A stretch of 25,727 nucleotides of DNA from a virus (taxonomy: Duplodnaviria > Caudoviricetes), in the IMG/VR virus record IMGVR_UViG_3300031922_000068, positions 1-25,727 of that record, one strand, 5' to 3'. Under the pieces are notes generated by a model, which saw only the letters and a list, made by a program, of their open reading frames with translations, was not told the DNA's origin and did no database searches. The position numbers were made by a program, and so were the translations under genes. This document shows, piece by piece, positions 9,195 to 16,672 of the stretch (the stretch's first letter is position 1; the number at the start of each line of letters is the position of its first letter).

Positions 9195-9198
9195 AAGC

Positions 9199-9406
9199 TT
9201 GGGAAATCGACCGCGCCGAGGCTTCAATAGCGCGGCGCGGAATCTCGTCCGTTGGGGATTCAGAGTGAGCTAAACGGCTGATGGGGCATCTAAACTCCGC
9301 TGCCTTTTAACCAGTTTGTCGATGGTTCGAATCCATCACGGCCCACCATTTCCATCAAGCACTTACGCCGGTTTCGCGTCCCCGTTGGGAAAACGCGTGG
9401 GAAATC
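9199..9406 (+). other. attP region: tRNA-Lys core with integrase arm-type repeats and IHF-like sites
   Basis: (T/G)TGGGAAA(T/A)C at 9199, 9385 and 9397, variant TTGGGGATTC at 9252; IHF-like CATCAAGCACTTA at 9353-9365 and CATCAGCCGTTTA on the minus strand at 9271-9283. Confidence 0.8.
9304..9348 (+). other. 3' fragment of tRNA-Lys(TTT) serving as att core; not a complete tRNA
   Basis: CTTTTAA anticodon loop, T-arm GATGG-TTCGAAT-CCATC and acceptor strand ACGGCCC-ACCA; 5' acceptor strand and D-arm are absent. Confidence 0.9.
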
Positions 9407-9411
9407 ACGGC

Positions 9412-10542
9412 CTACTCGATCGGCTTCGCCGTCGGCACGCTGAGGTCGTACACGTCGAGCATCTGCGCCGCGCGGTGGCCACTGGCGAGCTGCTTTTCGG
9501 CGCGAGTGCCGGGGCGTTCGGTGATGCCCTTGCGCTTAAGGTCGTGCGGTGAGAACCGCTGCTCCGGCGTGATCACCCCCTCGGCCATCGCGAGGTGTAT
9601 GAAGCGCTGCCAGGCGGTGTCGAAGCTCGACTTGCGCAGCGACTCGCCACTCTGCGACACGATCAGCGGGCGCAGCTCGGGGCGCATCGGCACCGGGCGG
9701 CGCGAGGCATCCCACACGGCGGTGCGATAGGCGACGGCGGCGTCCCAGGCGGCGCGGAGCGCCGGCGTCCATTCCCAGCGCGTCGACCGGCTGCCCTTGC
9801 GGCGGTTGGTGAGCAGGTGCTCAGCGGTGGCGTCGGCGTCGGTGAGGTCGAGCACCTCGATGCCGCGCAGGTGGCAGCGGTAGGCGATTTCCATCACCAC
9901 CCACAGGTACGGCGCGACGGAGCCCTTCGTGTGCGCTTGCAGCGCGCCGCGCTCGCGGGCGAAGTTCAGCAGCGCGACGTAGGCGTCGTGCTCGGGCAGG
10001 CGGCGCTTCGGCCGCAGCTTCGGGGCCTCGAGGCTGGCGGCGGGGTTGCCCTGGGCGTGGCCGCGGTTCACCGCCCAGCGCAGCACGCGTTTCATGTAGC
10101 CCAGCGACTGCGCCGCGGTGCGCGGGTGCTTGGCACCGATCGCGTCGACGACGCGCTGTAGGGCCGGCGGCGTGAGGCGGCGCAGGTCGAGGTCGCCGAG
10201 TGGCGTGCCGATCTTGGTCTTGAAGTTGCACAGCACGTCGCGGCAGTAGTCGTAGCTCTTGCGCGTGGTCGGCGCGAGCTGACGGAAGTCCGGCGATTCG
10301 CGGAACAGCGCGCAGACGCCGCGCAGGCTGTTGGTGTCCACGCCGCGGCGTTGCTCAACGATGGCGTGCAGGTCGCTGAGGCGGGCCGCTGGGCCGGCCA
10401 CGGTGCGCTTGCGGGCCCGTCCGCCCTCGGGGTGCGGATCCAGCACGTACCAGCGCCCGCGCTCCCAGTAGACGCCCTTCGGCAGGGCGCCCTGGTCGAT
10501 GTGGGCCGGGATGCTGGGGTTGGGCTTACGGGCTCGGGGCAT
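9412..10542 (-). CDS. int: Tyrosine recombinase / phage integrase (376 aa)
   Basis: CHLRGIEV (R), RKGS (K), HDLKRKG, SGH and DVYD (Y); transcribed towards att; ATG at 10542. Confidence 0.92.
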   Translation of the reverse strand: MPRARKPNPSIPAHIDQGALPKGVYWERGRWYVLDPHPEGGRARKRTVAGPAARLSDLHAIVEQRRGVDTNSLRGVCALFRESPDFRQLAPTTRKSYDYCRDVLCNFKTKIGTPLGDLDLRRLTPPALQRVVDAIGAKHPRTAAQSLGYMKRVLRWAVNRGHAQGNPAASLEAPKLRPKRRLPEHDAYVALLNFARERGALQAHTKGSVAPYLWVVMEIAYRCHLRGIEVLDLTDADATAEHLLTNRRKGSRSTRWEWTPALRAAWDAAVAYRTAVWDASRRPVPMRPELRPLIVSQSGESLRKSSFDTAWQRFIHLAMAEGVITPEQRFSPHDLKRKGITERPGTRAEKQLASGHRAAQMLDVYDLSVPTAKPIE

Positions 10543-10544
10543 GG

Positions 10545-10757
10545 CTACACGATGTCGTCGGGACGGTACGGCTGTCCATCGTTCGCCGGCAGCCCGCCGC
10601 CGGCAGCAGCGTTGATCAGGTCGAGGGTGGTCCAGACGCCATCGCGCCCGTAGAAGTAGCGGATGCCGGCTTTCTTCAGGCAACGCTCGACGTCGGCCAG
10701 CCGGCCGTAGCCGGTCGTGGCCTTCAGGTCGTCGAAGGTGACCAGAGCGCCGAGCAT
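10545..10757 (-). CDS. DUF4224-like small protein, excisionase candidate (70 aa)
   Basis: VTFDDLKATTGY....VERCL...GIRYF winged-helix-like pattern immediately upstream of int. Confidence 0.65.
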   Translation of the reverse strand: MLGALVTFDDLKATTGYGRLADVERCLKKAGIRYFYGRDGVWTTLDLINAAAGGGLPANDGQPYRPDDIV

Positions 10758-10759
10758 TG

Positions 10760-11296
10760 TCAGGCCGCGCCCCTCAGCAAGCCGCGCTCGCCGCGGCGGA
10801 TCGCTTTGGTGTCGGGGCGCGCCGCGGTCATCGCGGCGTGGAGGTCGAGGCGCTCGGGCGGCAGGCCTTTGCGGCAGCGGATCACCGGGATCCATTCGCC
10901 GCCGCTCTGCACGCACACCCACGCGCGCTTTCCGTCGCTCGTGAGGCGCGGGCGGCAGCCGCTGCGCTCGACCAGGGCGTCGATGTCGGCGCGCATCTCG
11001 AGCGCGGTGAAAGCCAGCTCGGCGCGCTCCGCGGTGAGGCGGCGGCCGCGCTCTGCGCCCGGTTCATCGGGGTGCTGCGCTTCCTCGGGTTCGGTGAGGT
11101 AGCGCACCACCTCGAAGTTCTCGGCGCGCAGCAGGCTGAGCGCTTCCTCAGCGCCCGGCCACTGGGCCTGCAGGTAGGCGAAGCGGCCCTTGAAGCCCAG
11201 GCGAAGCGACGCACCGCGTTTGGTCACGATGCCGGCCAGCTCGTCGCGGAAAGCGATCGCGGCGAGCGCGCGGGCCGTGGCGGATGCGTCACGCAT
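10760..11296 (-). CDS. Hypothetical early protein (178 aa)
   Basis: Part of a tightly packed leftward operon; ATG at 11296 overlaps the upstream gene end. Confidence 0.7.
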   Translation of the reverse strand: MRDASATARALAAIAFRDELAGIVTKRGASLRLGFKGRFAYLQAQWPGAEEALSLLRAENFEVVRYLTEPEEAQHPDEPGAERGRRLTAERAELAFTALEMRADIDALVERSGCRPRLTSDGKRAWVCVQSGGEWIPVIRCRKGLPPERLDLHAAMTAARPDTKAIRRGERGLLRGAA

Positions 11297-11579
11297 GCGA
11301 CACCTGCCGGTGGTGCCGCAGGTCTTCCGCGATGCGGCGCGACAGCCGGATGCGCGCCAGCGCGCCTTCGCCGTCGATCGTCTTGGGGTCATACACGCCG
11401 ACGACGTCGTCCGGCACGGCGTGCGCGAAGCGCTCGACCATCACGACGCCGGCCGGGTCGCAGGTGACCGCGTACTTTCGCGGCCGCTCGCGCTCAAGCA
11501 GCCAATCGACGGCCTTGTCGGCAAGCGCGCCAGGCGGCTGCGAGCGCATGCTGCCGAGGCGGCGGCTGTACTCACCCAT
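11289..11579 (-). CDS. Hypothetical early protein (96 aa)
   Basis: Starts MGEYSRR; 8-nt overlaps with both neighbours. Confidence 0.65.
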   Translation of the reverse strand: MGEYSRRLGSMRSQPPGALADKAVDWLLERERPRKYAVTCDPAGVVMVERFAHAVPDDVVGVYDPKTIDGEGALARIRLSRRIAEDLRHHRQVSHA

Positions 11580-11844
11580 GGCGCACTCCAAGCGCGGCGC
11601 CGATGGCCGTGCGCATCGCGTGACGCAGCAGCTCCGGCCCGCGCAGTGCCGGCGGCGGATCGCAAAGGAACTGCGCGTAGGTGTCGACGGCGATCTGAAC
11701 CTGCGCGTCGGTGAGCGGCAAGGCCGCGAGCGAGGGGTCATTCGAGGCGGCCGCCGTCGCCAGCTCGCGAAGCTCGGCAAGGTGTGCGAGGTTCGCCCAG
11801 CCGCGCTCGACGGCCTGCTGGAGGCGTTGCGCAAGCGAGCTCAC
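11572..11844 (-). CDS. Hypothetical early protein (90 aa)
   Basis: GTGA start/stop coupling at 11841-11844. Confidence 0.65.
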   Translation of the reverse strand: MSSLAQRLQQAVERGWANLAHLAELRELATAAASNDPSLAALPLTDAQVQIAVDTYAQFLCDPPPALRGPELLRHAMRTAIGAALGVRHG

Positions 11845-11972
11845 GGAGCACGCCTCACGATGTCGCCGATGCGCTGGGCGCGCGAGAGCCGCGCGGTGCG
11901 CCAGCGGCCGAGGGCGCGGCGCAAGAACCACCCGGCCGCAACACCGCAGGCGAAGGCCAGCAGCGCGCTCAT
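11841..11972 (-). CDS. Small membrane-associated hypothetical protein (43 aa)
   Basis: MSALLAFACGVAAGWFLRR: hydrophobic N-terminus followed by a basic tail; ATGA overlap. Confidence 0.55.
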   Translation of the reverse strand: MSALLAFACGVAAGWFLRRALGRWRTARLSRAQRIGDIVRRAP

Positions 11973-12289
11973 GGACTCACGCCCGCGGTGCTGTCGTTGG
12001 CGAGCGAGCAGAGCGCATGTGGCGGGCGGATGCTGGCGAGCGCGTTGGCAGTCGCCGCGGCGAGCGCCTCGAGGCGTGCGGCGCTCTGGTGGGCCGTGGC
12101 GAGTGTGGCGGCGAGGCGGCTGTTCTCGGCCTGCGTCTCGTTCAGCTGCCGCTGCGTGGCGCGCCACTCGGCCGCCATGTCGCGGAACAGCCGAGTGGTT
12201 CTCTGGTCTGCCGTGTCCGAGCGCGAAGCCGAATCGGCGAAATCGTCGAGGGTTTCGGGCGTGGGGAGGAAGTCGATGGCGGCGTGCAT
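11969..12289 (-). CDS. Hypothetical coiled-coil protein (106 aa)
   Basis: ORF in the leftward operon with a heptad-like central region. Confidence 0.65.
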   Translation of the reverse strand: MHAAIDFLPTPETLDDFADSASRSDTADQRTTRLFRDMAAEWRATQRQLNETQAENSRLAATLATAHQSAARLEALAAATANALASIRPPHALCSLANDSTAGVSP

Positions 12290-12350
12290 GGTCGTGGTTC
12301 CGGGTGGGTGCGTTGCGCCGGAGGCTTCGCGCCGGCGCGGCGCGGTGGAT

Positions 12351-12596
12351 TCAGGCGCTCACGACCAAGCGGCCTTGCTTGGTGATGCCGGGCGTGGCAT
12401 CGGTGAGTTCACAGAGATGGATCTGGAGGTCCCGCGCGTTGTCGCACCAGTGCTCCGCGGCTTGCTCAGCGTCGACGAGCTGCGCACGAAGTCGCGCGAT
12501 CTCGTCGTGCTGCCTCACACAGAGCGCGCGCAGGGTCTGTAGCTCGAGCGCCTCCAAGCGGCGAGCGACCCGGCTGAATGCGGCAGCGGCGCTCAT
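12351..12596 (-). CDS. Hypothetical coiled-coil protein (81 aa)
   Basis: ATGA coupling to the upstream gene; ends PGITKQGRLV. Confidence 0.7.
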   Translation of the reverse strand: MSAAAAFSRVARRLEALELQTLRALCVRQHDEIARLRAQLVDAEQAAEHWCDNARDLQIHLCELTDATPGITKQGRLVVSA

Positions 12597-12829
12597 GCCT
12601 GCACCGCCCGCAGCCGCGGCGGCTGCCGGCCGCGCAGCGCGCAGCAGCCCACGTGGATGGCCCAGCCGGCGCTGACGCGCTCACGCAGCAGCACGTGAAC
12701 TGCGCGCTCGGCGGCAGCTTCAGTGGCTTGGCGAGCGTAGCCCTCCGCCTTTCCGCGCAGGCGGATGGCCAGACGGACGGCCGCGGCGTCACGGGCGCGA
12801 GCGGCCGGGAAGGGCAGCAAGGCGCTCAC
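12593..12829 (-). CDS. Hypothetical protein (78 aa)
   Basis: GTGA coupling to the antirepressor stop. Confidence 0.65.
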   Translation of the reverse strand: MSALLPFPAARARDAAAVRLAIRLRGKAEGYARQATEAAAERAVHVLLRERVSAGWAIHVGCCALRGRQPPRLRAVQA

Positions 12830-13587
12830 GCGGCCACCGCCTTGCCGAGCGCTTCGGCGAGCTTGGCCAAGCCCTTGGGCGTCACCAGCACCTGGTGCAC
12901 CACCCTCTCGCTGCCGTCAGGCCGGCTGACGGTGGTGACCTTGTGCTCGAGCACGCCCGACGCGATGCGGTGCTGATAGGCGTTCCACACGGCGCTGCCC
13001 GGGCGGCGGTAGATCCAGACGCGCTCGCGCAGCCACCCGAACAGCGCCTTCGGCTTCACGCCGATGGCTTTGGCGGCAGTGGTGATGCAGGTTGAACCGG
13101 TCGAGGCCTCAGCGATTCGCTCGAGCGCGGCGACCTTTGGCGCGGCTTCGTCGACTTGGTGCTGGAGCTGGGCGATCTCAGCCTCGGCGTCGAGGATCAT
13201 CCGGGCAAGGTCGGAGCGGGTGACGCGGTTGGGGTCCGCCGCCCACTGGGCCCGGCGCTCGATCTCGATGAAGTAATCGCGCACGGCGCGGCCCTTCTCC
13301 GTGCCCGACATCATGGCCACGTGCTTGGCAGCTTCGATGCTGAGGTAGTACTCGCTGCGCGGGCGGCCGCCTTGGGGGTTTTCGCCCTTCTGGGCGGAAA
13401 CCTCAGTGAGGTAGTCCCGGCCTTCAGCGAGCAGTGCGCGAGCGATCTGCGCCTTGATCCAGTTGGTGTAGTCCTTGCCCACGCCGAGGAAGGCATGCAG
13501 CTCGCGGGCGTTGACGGCGGTGATGGGCTCGCCGGTGTCGCGCTGCAGGGCGAGCATGGCGAAGTTCGGCGCGGTGGTGCTGTGCAT
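12826..13587 (-). CDS. ant: Phage antirepressor (AntA/AntB N-terminal domain plus KilA-C/ANT C-terminal domain)
   Basis: VNARELHAFLGVGKDYTNWIK and GGRP..EYYLSIEAAKHVAM; APKV...AKAIG...LFGWL...VTPKGL. Confidence 0.92.
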   Translation of the reverse strand: MHSTTAPNFAMLALQRDTGEPITAVNARELHAFLGVGKDYTNWIKAQIARALLAEGRDYLTEVSAQKGENPQGGRPRSEYYLSIEAAKHVAMMSGTEKGRAVRDYFIEIERRAQWAADPNRVTRSDLARMILDAEAEIAQLQHQVDEAAPKVAALERIAEASTGSTCITTAAKAIGVKPKALFGWLRERVWIYRRPGSAVWNAYQHRIASGVLEHKVTTVSRPDGSERVVHQVLVTPKGLAKLAEALGKAVAA

Positions 13588-13653
13588 GGCGGCCTCCGTC
13601 GTGGAGGGCCCCGAGACCGGGTGACCCTGCCGCCCGCAGTGGGTGGCGGCCTA

Positions 13654-13696
13654 AAATTAGGAGGTACCTAAACTAATGTCAATAGGTGCAGCCTAA
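13654..13696 (-). promoter_or_regulatory. Leftward early promoter (PL-like) with two repressor operators
   Basis: Minus strand TTGACA (13677-13682), 17 nt, TAATTT (13654-13659); operators TTAGG-AGGTA-CCTAA (13657-13671) and ATAGG-TGCAG-CCTAA (13682-13696). Confidence 0.85.
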
Positions 13697-13891
13697 AAAA
13701 CTGCGCGGGGGACTTTGCCGCCACATCGGGCCGACTTCACCCTCTCGGGCCTCGGTCTACGCGGGGAGTGATTGACGCAATTCGGCGTGCGTGCGAGCTT
13801 GGCCTGGACGCAACAGCTGGCCGCCTCAAGGCGGGCGTCATCGCCACCCTCGGTGGTCCTGCCAAGCGCGGGGGCAACGAGCCCAGACTAA

Positions 13892-13915
13892 GAAGCCCCG
13901 CTCACGCGGGGCTTC
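13892..13915. terminator. Intrinsic terminator-like hairpin closing the cI-kinase-DUF3037 operon, possibly bidirectional
   Basis: Perfect 10-bp stem GAAGCCCCGC-TCAC-GCGGGGCTTC; only weak T-tracts on either side. Confidence 0.65.
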
Positions 13916-14097
13916 GCCTTTTCAGCGCTTCTTCGCGATCCGCAGTGCGGCAGGTGTCCTCATGATGCAACCGGACATTCAACCAATCCGCGGCAAAGGC
14001 CACCGGCTGACAACCGATTCGACAGCGCCACGCCAATCCGTAAACCTGGCGTGCGCCGCAGTGCGCACTGGCGGGCCGCCAAAGGATTGAGCCGCGT

Positions 14098-14922
14098 TCA
14101 GTGCAGCGAATCGCCGGCCGCCACCCTCATGCGTTGCATGTAGGCCGCCGAGTCGTTGGGGTTATTGATGTCGAAGACGTGTTCGGCGTGCTGGTGAAGC
14201 AGGTTGAGCGAAGGCTGCACGATGTCGAGCGTTGCCGGGTTGGCGGCGTAGACGACCATCGGAACCACGCCTTTCTTGTAGACCTTCTCCGCCGTCACGA
14301 GGCCCATCGCCTTCAGGCCGGCCTCCCCGCGCTTGGCCGCTTTGAGCTGGTCCACCTTCACTCGAAAATCGATCACCTGCGTGATGTGCATGCTGCCGTT
14401 CTTGAGGGCAAAGTCAGCCAGCATCCCGGACGATGAGTCGATGGGGAAGTGCGGGACTACGCGATGGCGATCAATGTCCGCAGGGCCATCGCCCAAGATG
14501 TGCGCGTCCTTGAACATGCCCTTCAGCATGGTCTGGACCTTCGACTCGGAAGACCTTTGCCGCGGTTGGGGCGGCGGGTCAACGAGGTCGCGCATGATGC
14601 GTTTCACCGCGTCCTGGTAGCTTTCCTCAGAGGCGAGGAATTGCGCCATGGGAGAGGGGTGCACCAGCGGAGTGTTGGCCAGAAGCGCGTGGCAGTCGTT
14701 CGCATCCTGCATGCCAGCGCACATGGCCTCCCAGAACTCGGGAAGCTGTTTGATTGCCTGCGAGTCCAGCTCGGGGCAAAGCATGCGCAGTTTGGTCAGG
14801 TTGTCGATGACTCGGACATCCAAGCCCCCCGGCCGAAAGACGACGACCCCGACATTCACCCATTCACCGCGACGGCGGTCAGGGACCGCCCGTATTAGCG
14901 AGTACTGGTAGGTAGCGGCCAT
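14098..14922 (-). CDS. DUF3037 domain protein with a possible C-terminal nuclease-like domain
   Basis: YQYSLIRAVPDRRRGEWVNVGVV is the DUF3037 N-terminal signature; C-terminal ADFALKNG...QVIDF. Confidence 0.85.
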   Translation of the reverse strand: MAATYQYSLIRAVPDRRRGEWVNVGVVVFRPGGLDVRVIDNLTKLRMLCPELDSQAIKQLPEFWEAMCAGMQDANDCHALLANTPLVHPSPMAQFLASEESYQDAVKRIMRDLVDPPPQPRQRSSESKVQTMLKGMFKDAHILGDGPADIDRHRVVPHFPIDSSSGMLADFALKNGSMHITQVIDFRVKVDQLKAAKRGEAGLKAMGLVTAEKVYKKGVVPMVVYAANPATLDIVQPSLNLLHQHAEHVFDINNPNDSAAYMQRMRVAAGDSLH

Positions 14923-15697
14923 TGGCGATGTGCCTCCTGAGGGCCCGCAGGCGACGCTGCCGGCCGGCGCGCCACCATCGCATGATCTGGCGTTTCAGTT
15001 TATCAGCCAAGAGGGGTTCTGCCAGTCGCTCGAGGTGAGCGTCGATCCACGTGTCCGGGATAGCGGCCAGACGGGAGAGGGTGTTGACTGCCTCGGCGCT
15101 CGGGTAGGCCCGGCCGTTAAACCCGCAGAGCCCGCGTGCAAATAGCAGTGTGTTCGTCGCCGGCGCCATCGGCGCCCGGTTGCCAGGCCAGCCTTCCGCG
15201 ATCAGGGCTCGACTGAAATCGATGCCCAGCACGGCCGTGGTGAAGCCGTTGGTGCGCAGCAGGAAGTTGTTTCGATGGCGGTCGGTGTTGCGCACGAAGT
15301 AGTCGAATGCGAACCACCGACTTAAGCGAGGTGCGTGCTCGGCCCAGAACGACGGGGTGCCCGCGCCCTGCCAGAACTGCAGCGCCTTCATTTCGTCGGC
15401 GATGCCGCCCTCCATTCTCGACGCAAAGCAGATCTCGTCCGTATCCAGCACCTGCGCCAAGGTGAACCCTGGCACCGGCAGCCCTACCGCGTGCGCCATC
15501 AGGTGGCAAAGGTACTCGCTCGCCGGCAGATCGGCGCGCTCGCCAAGCCGCTTGAGCACGTAGGCGTGGCCGTCCTCGCCTTGGCCGTATCCACCGGCGT
15601 CGGCCGTGCCCCACGGCGCGGGCTCAAGACGGACGATCTGCAAAGGCCAGAACGTGGCTTGATGCCCCGACGGCGCCGGCTTAGGTGATGGCGGCAT
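14879..15697 (-). CDS. HipA-like (PI3/4-kinase fold) protein kinase
   Basis: YVLK lysine, SEYLC...GLPVP, catalytic loop FDYFVRNTDRHRNNFL and Mg-binding IDFS. Confidence 0.88.
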   Translation of the reverse strand: MPPSPKPAPSGHQATFWPLQIVRLEPAPWGTADAGGYGQGEDGHAYVLKRLGERADLPASEYLCHLMAHAVGLPVPGFTLAQVLDTDEICFASRMEGGIADEMKALQFWQGAGTPSFWAEHAPRLSRWFAFDYFVRNTDRHRNNFLLRTNGFTTAVLGIDFSRALIAEGWPGNRAPMAPATNTLLFARGLCGFNGRAYPSAEAVNTLSRLAAIPDTWIDAHLERLAEPLLADKLKRQIMRWWRAGRQRRLRALRRHIANGRYLPVLANTGGP

Positions 15698-16121
15698 TCA
15701 GGGCTTCCAGCCGCTTGATGATGGACGCCAGATCCCGGCGCTCGGTGGCCGTGAGCGCGTCACCGCGCTCCAGCTTCTGTCGATAGACGGTGAGGCGCGC
15801 CTCGGTGCGCGGCGTGGCAGCAGGAAGAAGCTCGGAGATAGAGGCGGCGTGTTCTTTGGGGCTCGTGCCGGGCCGCGAGTCGCCAGTACCGAAGTAGAGC
15901 GCTTCGAAGGTGCTGCCATGGTCACGTGCGATGCGCTGAGCTGTCTCCGTCTCGCACATGTGCTGACCGTTCAGCCACGCATTAGCCGTCACCGCACTCA
16001 CGCCGTACTTGTCGGCCAAGTAGCGGCCAGCACCGCGCCTCTTTTGACCGGCCCTCTCCAGCAACGTAACCAGCCGTTGGCCAAAGGCGACGGCGGGCTT
16101 GTGTTGTTTTGTCTTAGGCAT
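15681..16121 (-). CDS. cI: cI-like repressor (XRE HTH, no S24 peptidase domain)
   Basis: FGQRL...LADKYGVSAVTANAWLNG...EALYFGTG; divergent from cro. Confidence 0.8.
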   Translation of the reverse strand: MPKTKQHKPAVAFGQRLVTLLERAGQKRRGAGRYLADKYGVSAVTANAWLNGQHMCETETAQRIARDHGSTFEALYFGTGDSRPGTSPKEHAASISELLPAATPRTEARLTVYRQKLERGDALTATERRDLASIIKRLEALNAAIT

Positions 16122-16197
16122 CGCCTAACAGCCTGACATCGACATTGTTAGGTCGCGACTGTTGACAAAAGATTAGGCGCGACCTAAAAAGGCGTCC
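16114..16197. promoter_or_regulatory. Immunity switch: PR-like promoter and OR operators
   Basis: TTGACA (16162-16167), 17 nt, TAAAAA (16185-16190); operators TTAGG-CATCG-CCTAA (16114-16128) and TTAGG-CGCGA-CCTAA (16173-16187); partial site TTAGGTCGCG at 16148-16157. Confidence 0.85.
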
Positions 16198-16440
16198 ATG
16201 ACGACAGAAGCTCTCGACGCCGCCTGCGAGTGCCTCGGCACTCAAGAGGCCCTGGCTGCCGCCCTCGGCATCAAGTCCGCATCGATCTCTGGCTGGCGGG
16301 AACGCGGGCGCGTGCCGGCCGAACGCTGCTTGGCGATCGAGAACGCCACTGGCGGCGCCGTGTCCCGCCACGACCTCCGGCCCGACGTGTTCGGGGAACA
16401 GCCGGCGGGCGAGCCGGCGCCTCTGGCGAAGGCGGGGTGA
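16198..16440 (+). CDS. cro: Cro-like (YdaS family) regulator
   Basis: GTQEALAAALGIKSASISGW...VPAERCLAIE.ATGGAVSRHDLRPDVF. Confidence 0.92.
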   Translation: MTTEALDAACECLGTQEALAAALGIKSASISGWRERGRVPAERCLAIENATGGAVSRHDLRPDVFGEQPAGEPAPLAKAG

Positions 16441-16444
16441 GGCG

Positions 16445-16672
16445 ATGAGCGACTTCAGCTTGAACGGCGTCCACGTGCAGGTCGGCGAAGGCCGGCCCGT
16501 GAAGATGCTTTTTGTCGCCCGCGGGGCGGCGAACGGCCCCCTCCTGCCCATCGGGCTTGGCATCGCCGCCTTCGCAGTCGCGATCGCAGCAGCGATCGTC
16601 AGCGCTTCAGGGTGTCGCGAGTCTGTTCTTCGGCGTGGCCGCAAGCCGAGCACGCGTAGGAATCGATCATGA
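16445..16672 (+). CDS. Possible small membrane protein (75 aa)
   Basis: GAGG RBS just after cro and one hydrophobic segment; 3' end overlaps a convergent ORF, so uncertain. Confidence 0.35.
   Translation: MSDFSLNGVHVQVGEGRPVKMLFVARGAANGPLLPIGLGIAAFAVAIAAAIVSASGCRESVLRRGRKPSTRRNRS

Noticed and set aside
9270-9348. Complete tRNA-Lys gene
   Set aside because: No 5' acceptor strand or D-arm and an imperfect anticodon stem; it is an att core
9520-9550. Inactive integrase because HxxR reads HDLK
   Set aside because: The other catalytic residues and the ORF are intact, and HDLK variants occur in related phage integrases
12316-12339. GCGCCGG...CCGGCGC hairpin in an intergenic gap as a terminator
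   Set aside because: No T-tract on either strand, and such stems arise easily at this GC content
11284-12675. 463-aa and other plus-strand ORFs over the early-left region
   Set aside because: Arg/Ala-rich shadows; the minus-strand ORFs show start/stop coupling
13662-13676. Xanthomonas-type LexA box (TTAG-N6-TACTA) at PL
   Set aside because: The minus strand reads TTAG-TTTAGG-TACCT, an imperfect match better explained by the overlapping phage operator
13768-14090. Plus-strand 65-aa and 99-aa ORFs
   Set aside because: No recognisable motifs, both run through the terminator hairpin, and coding support is insufficient
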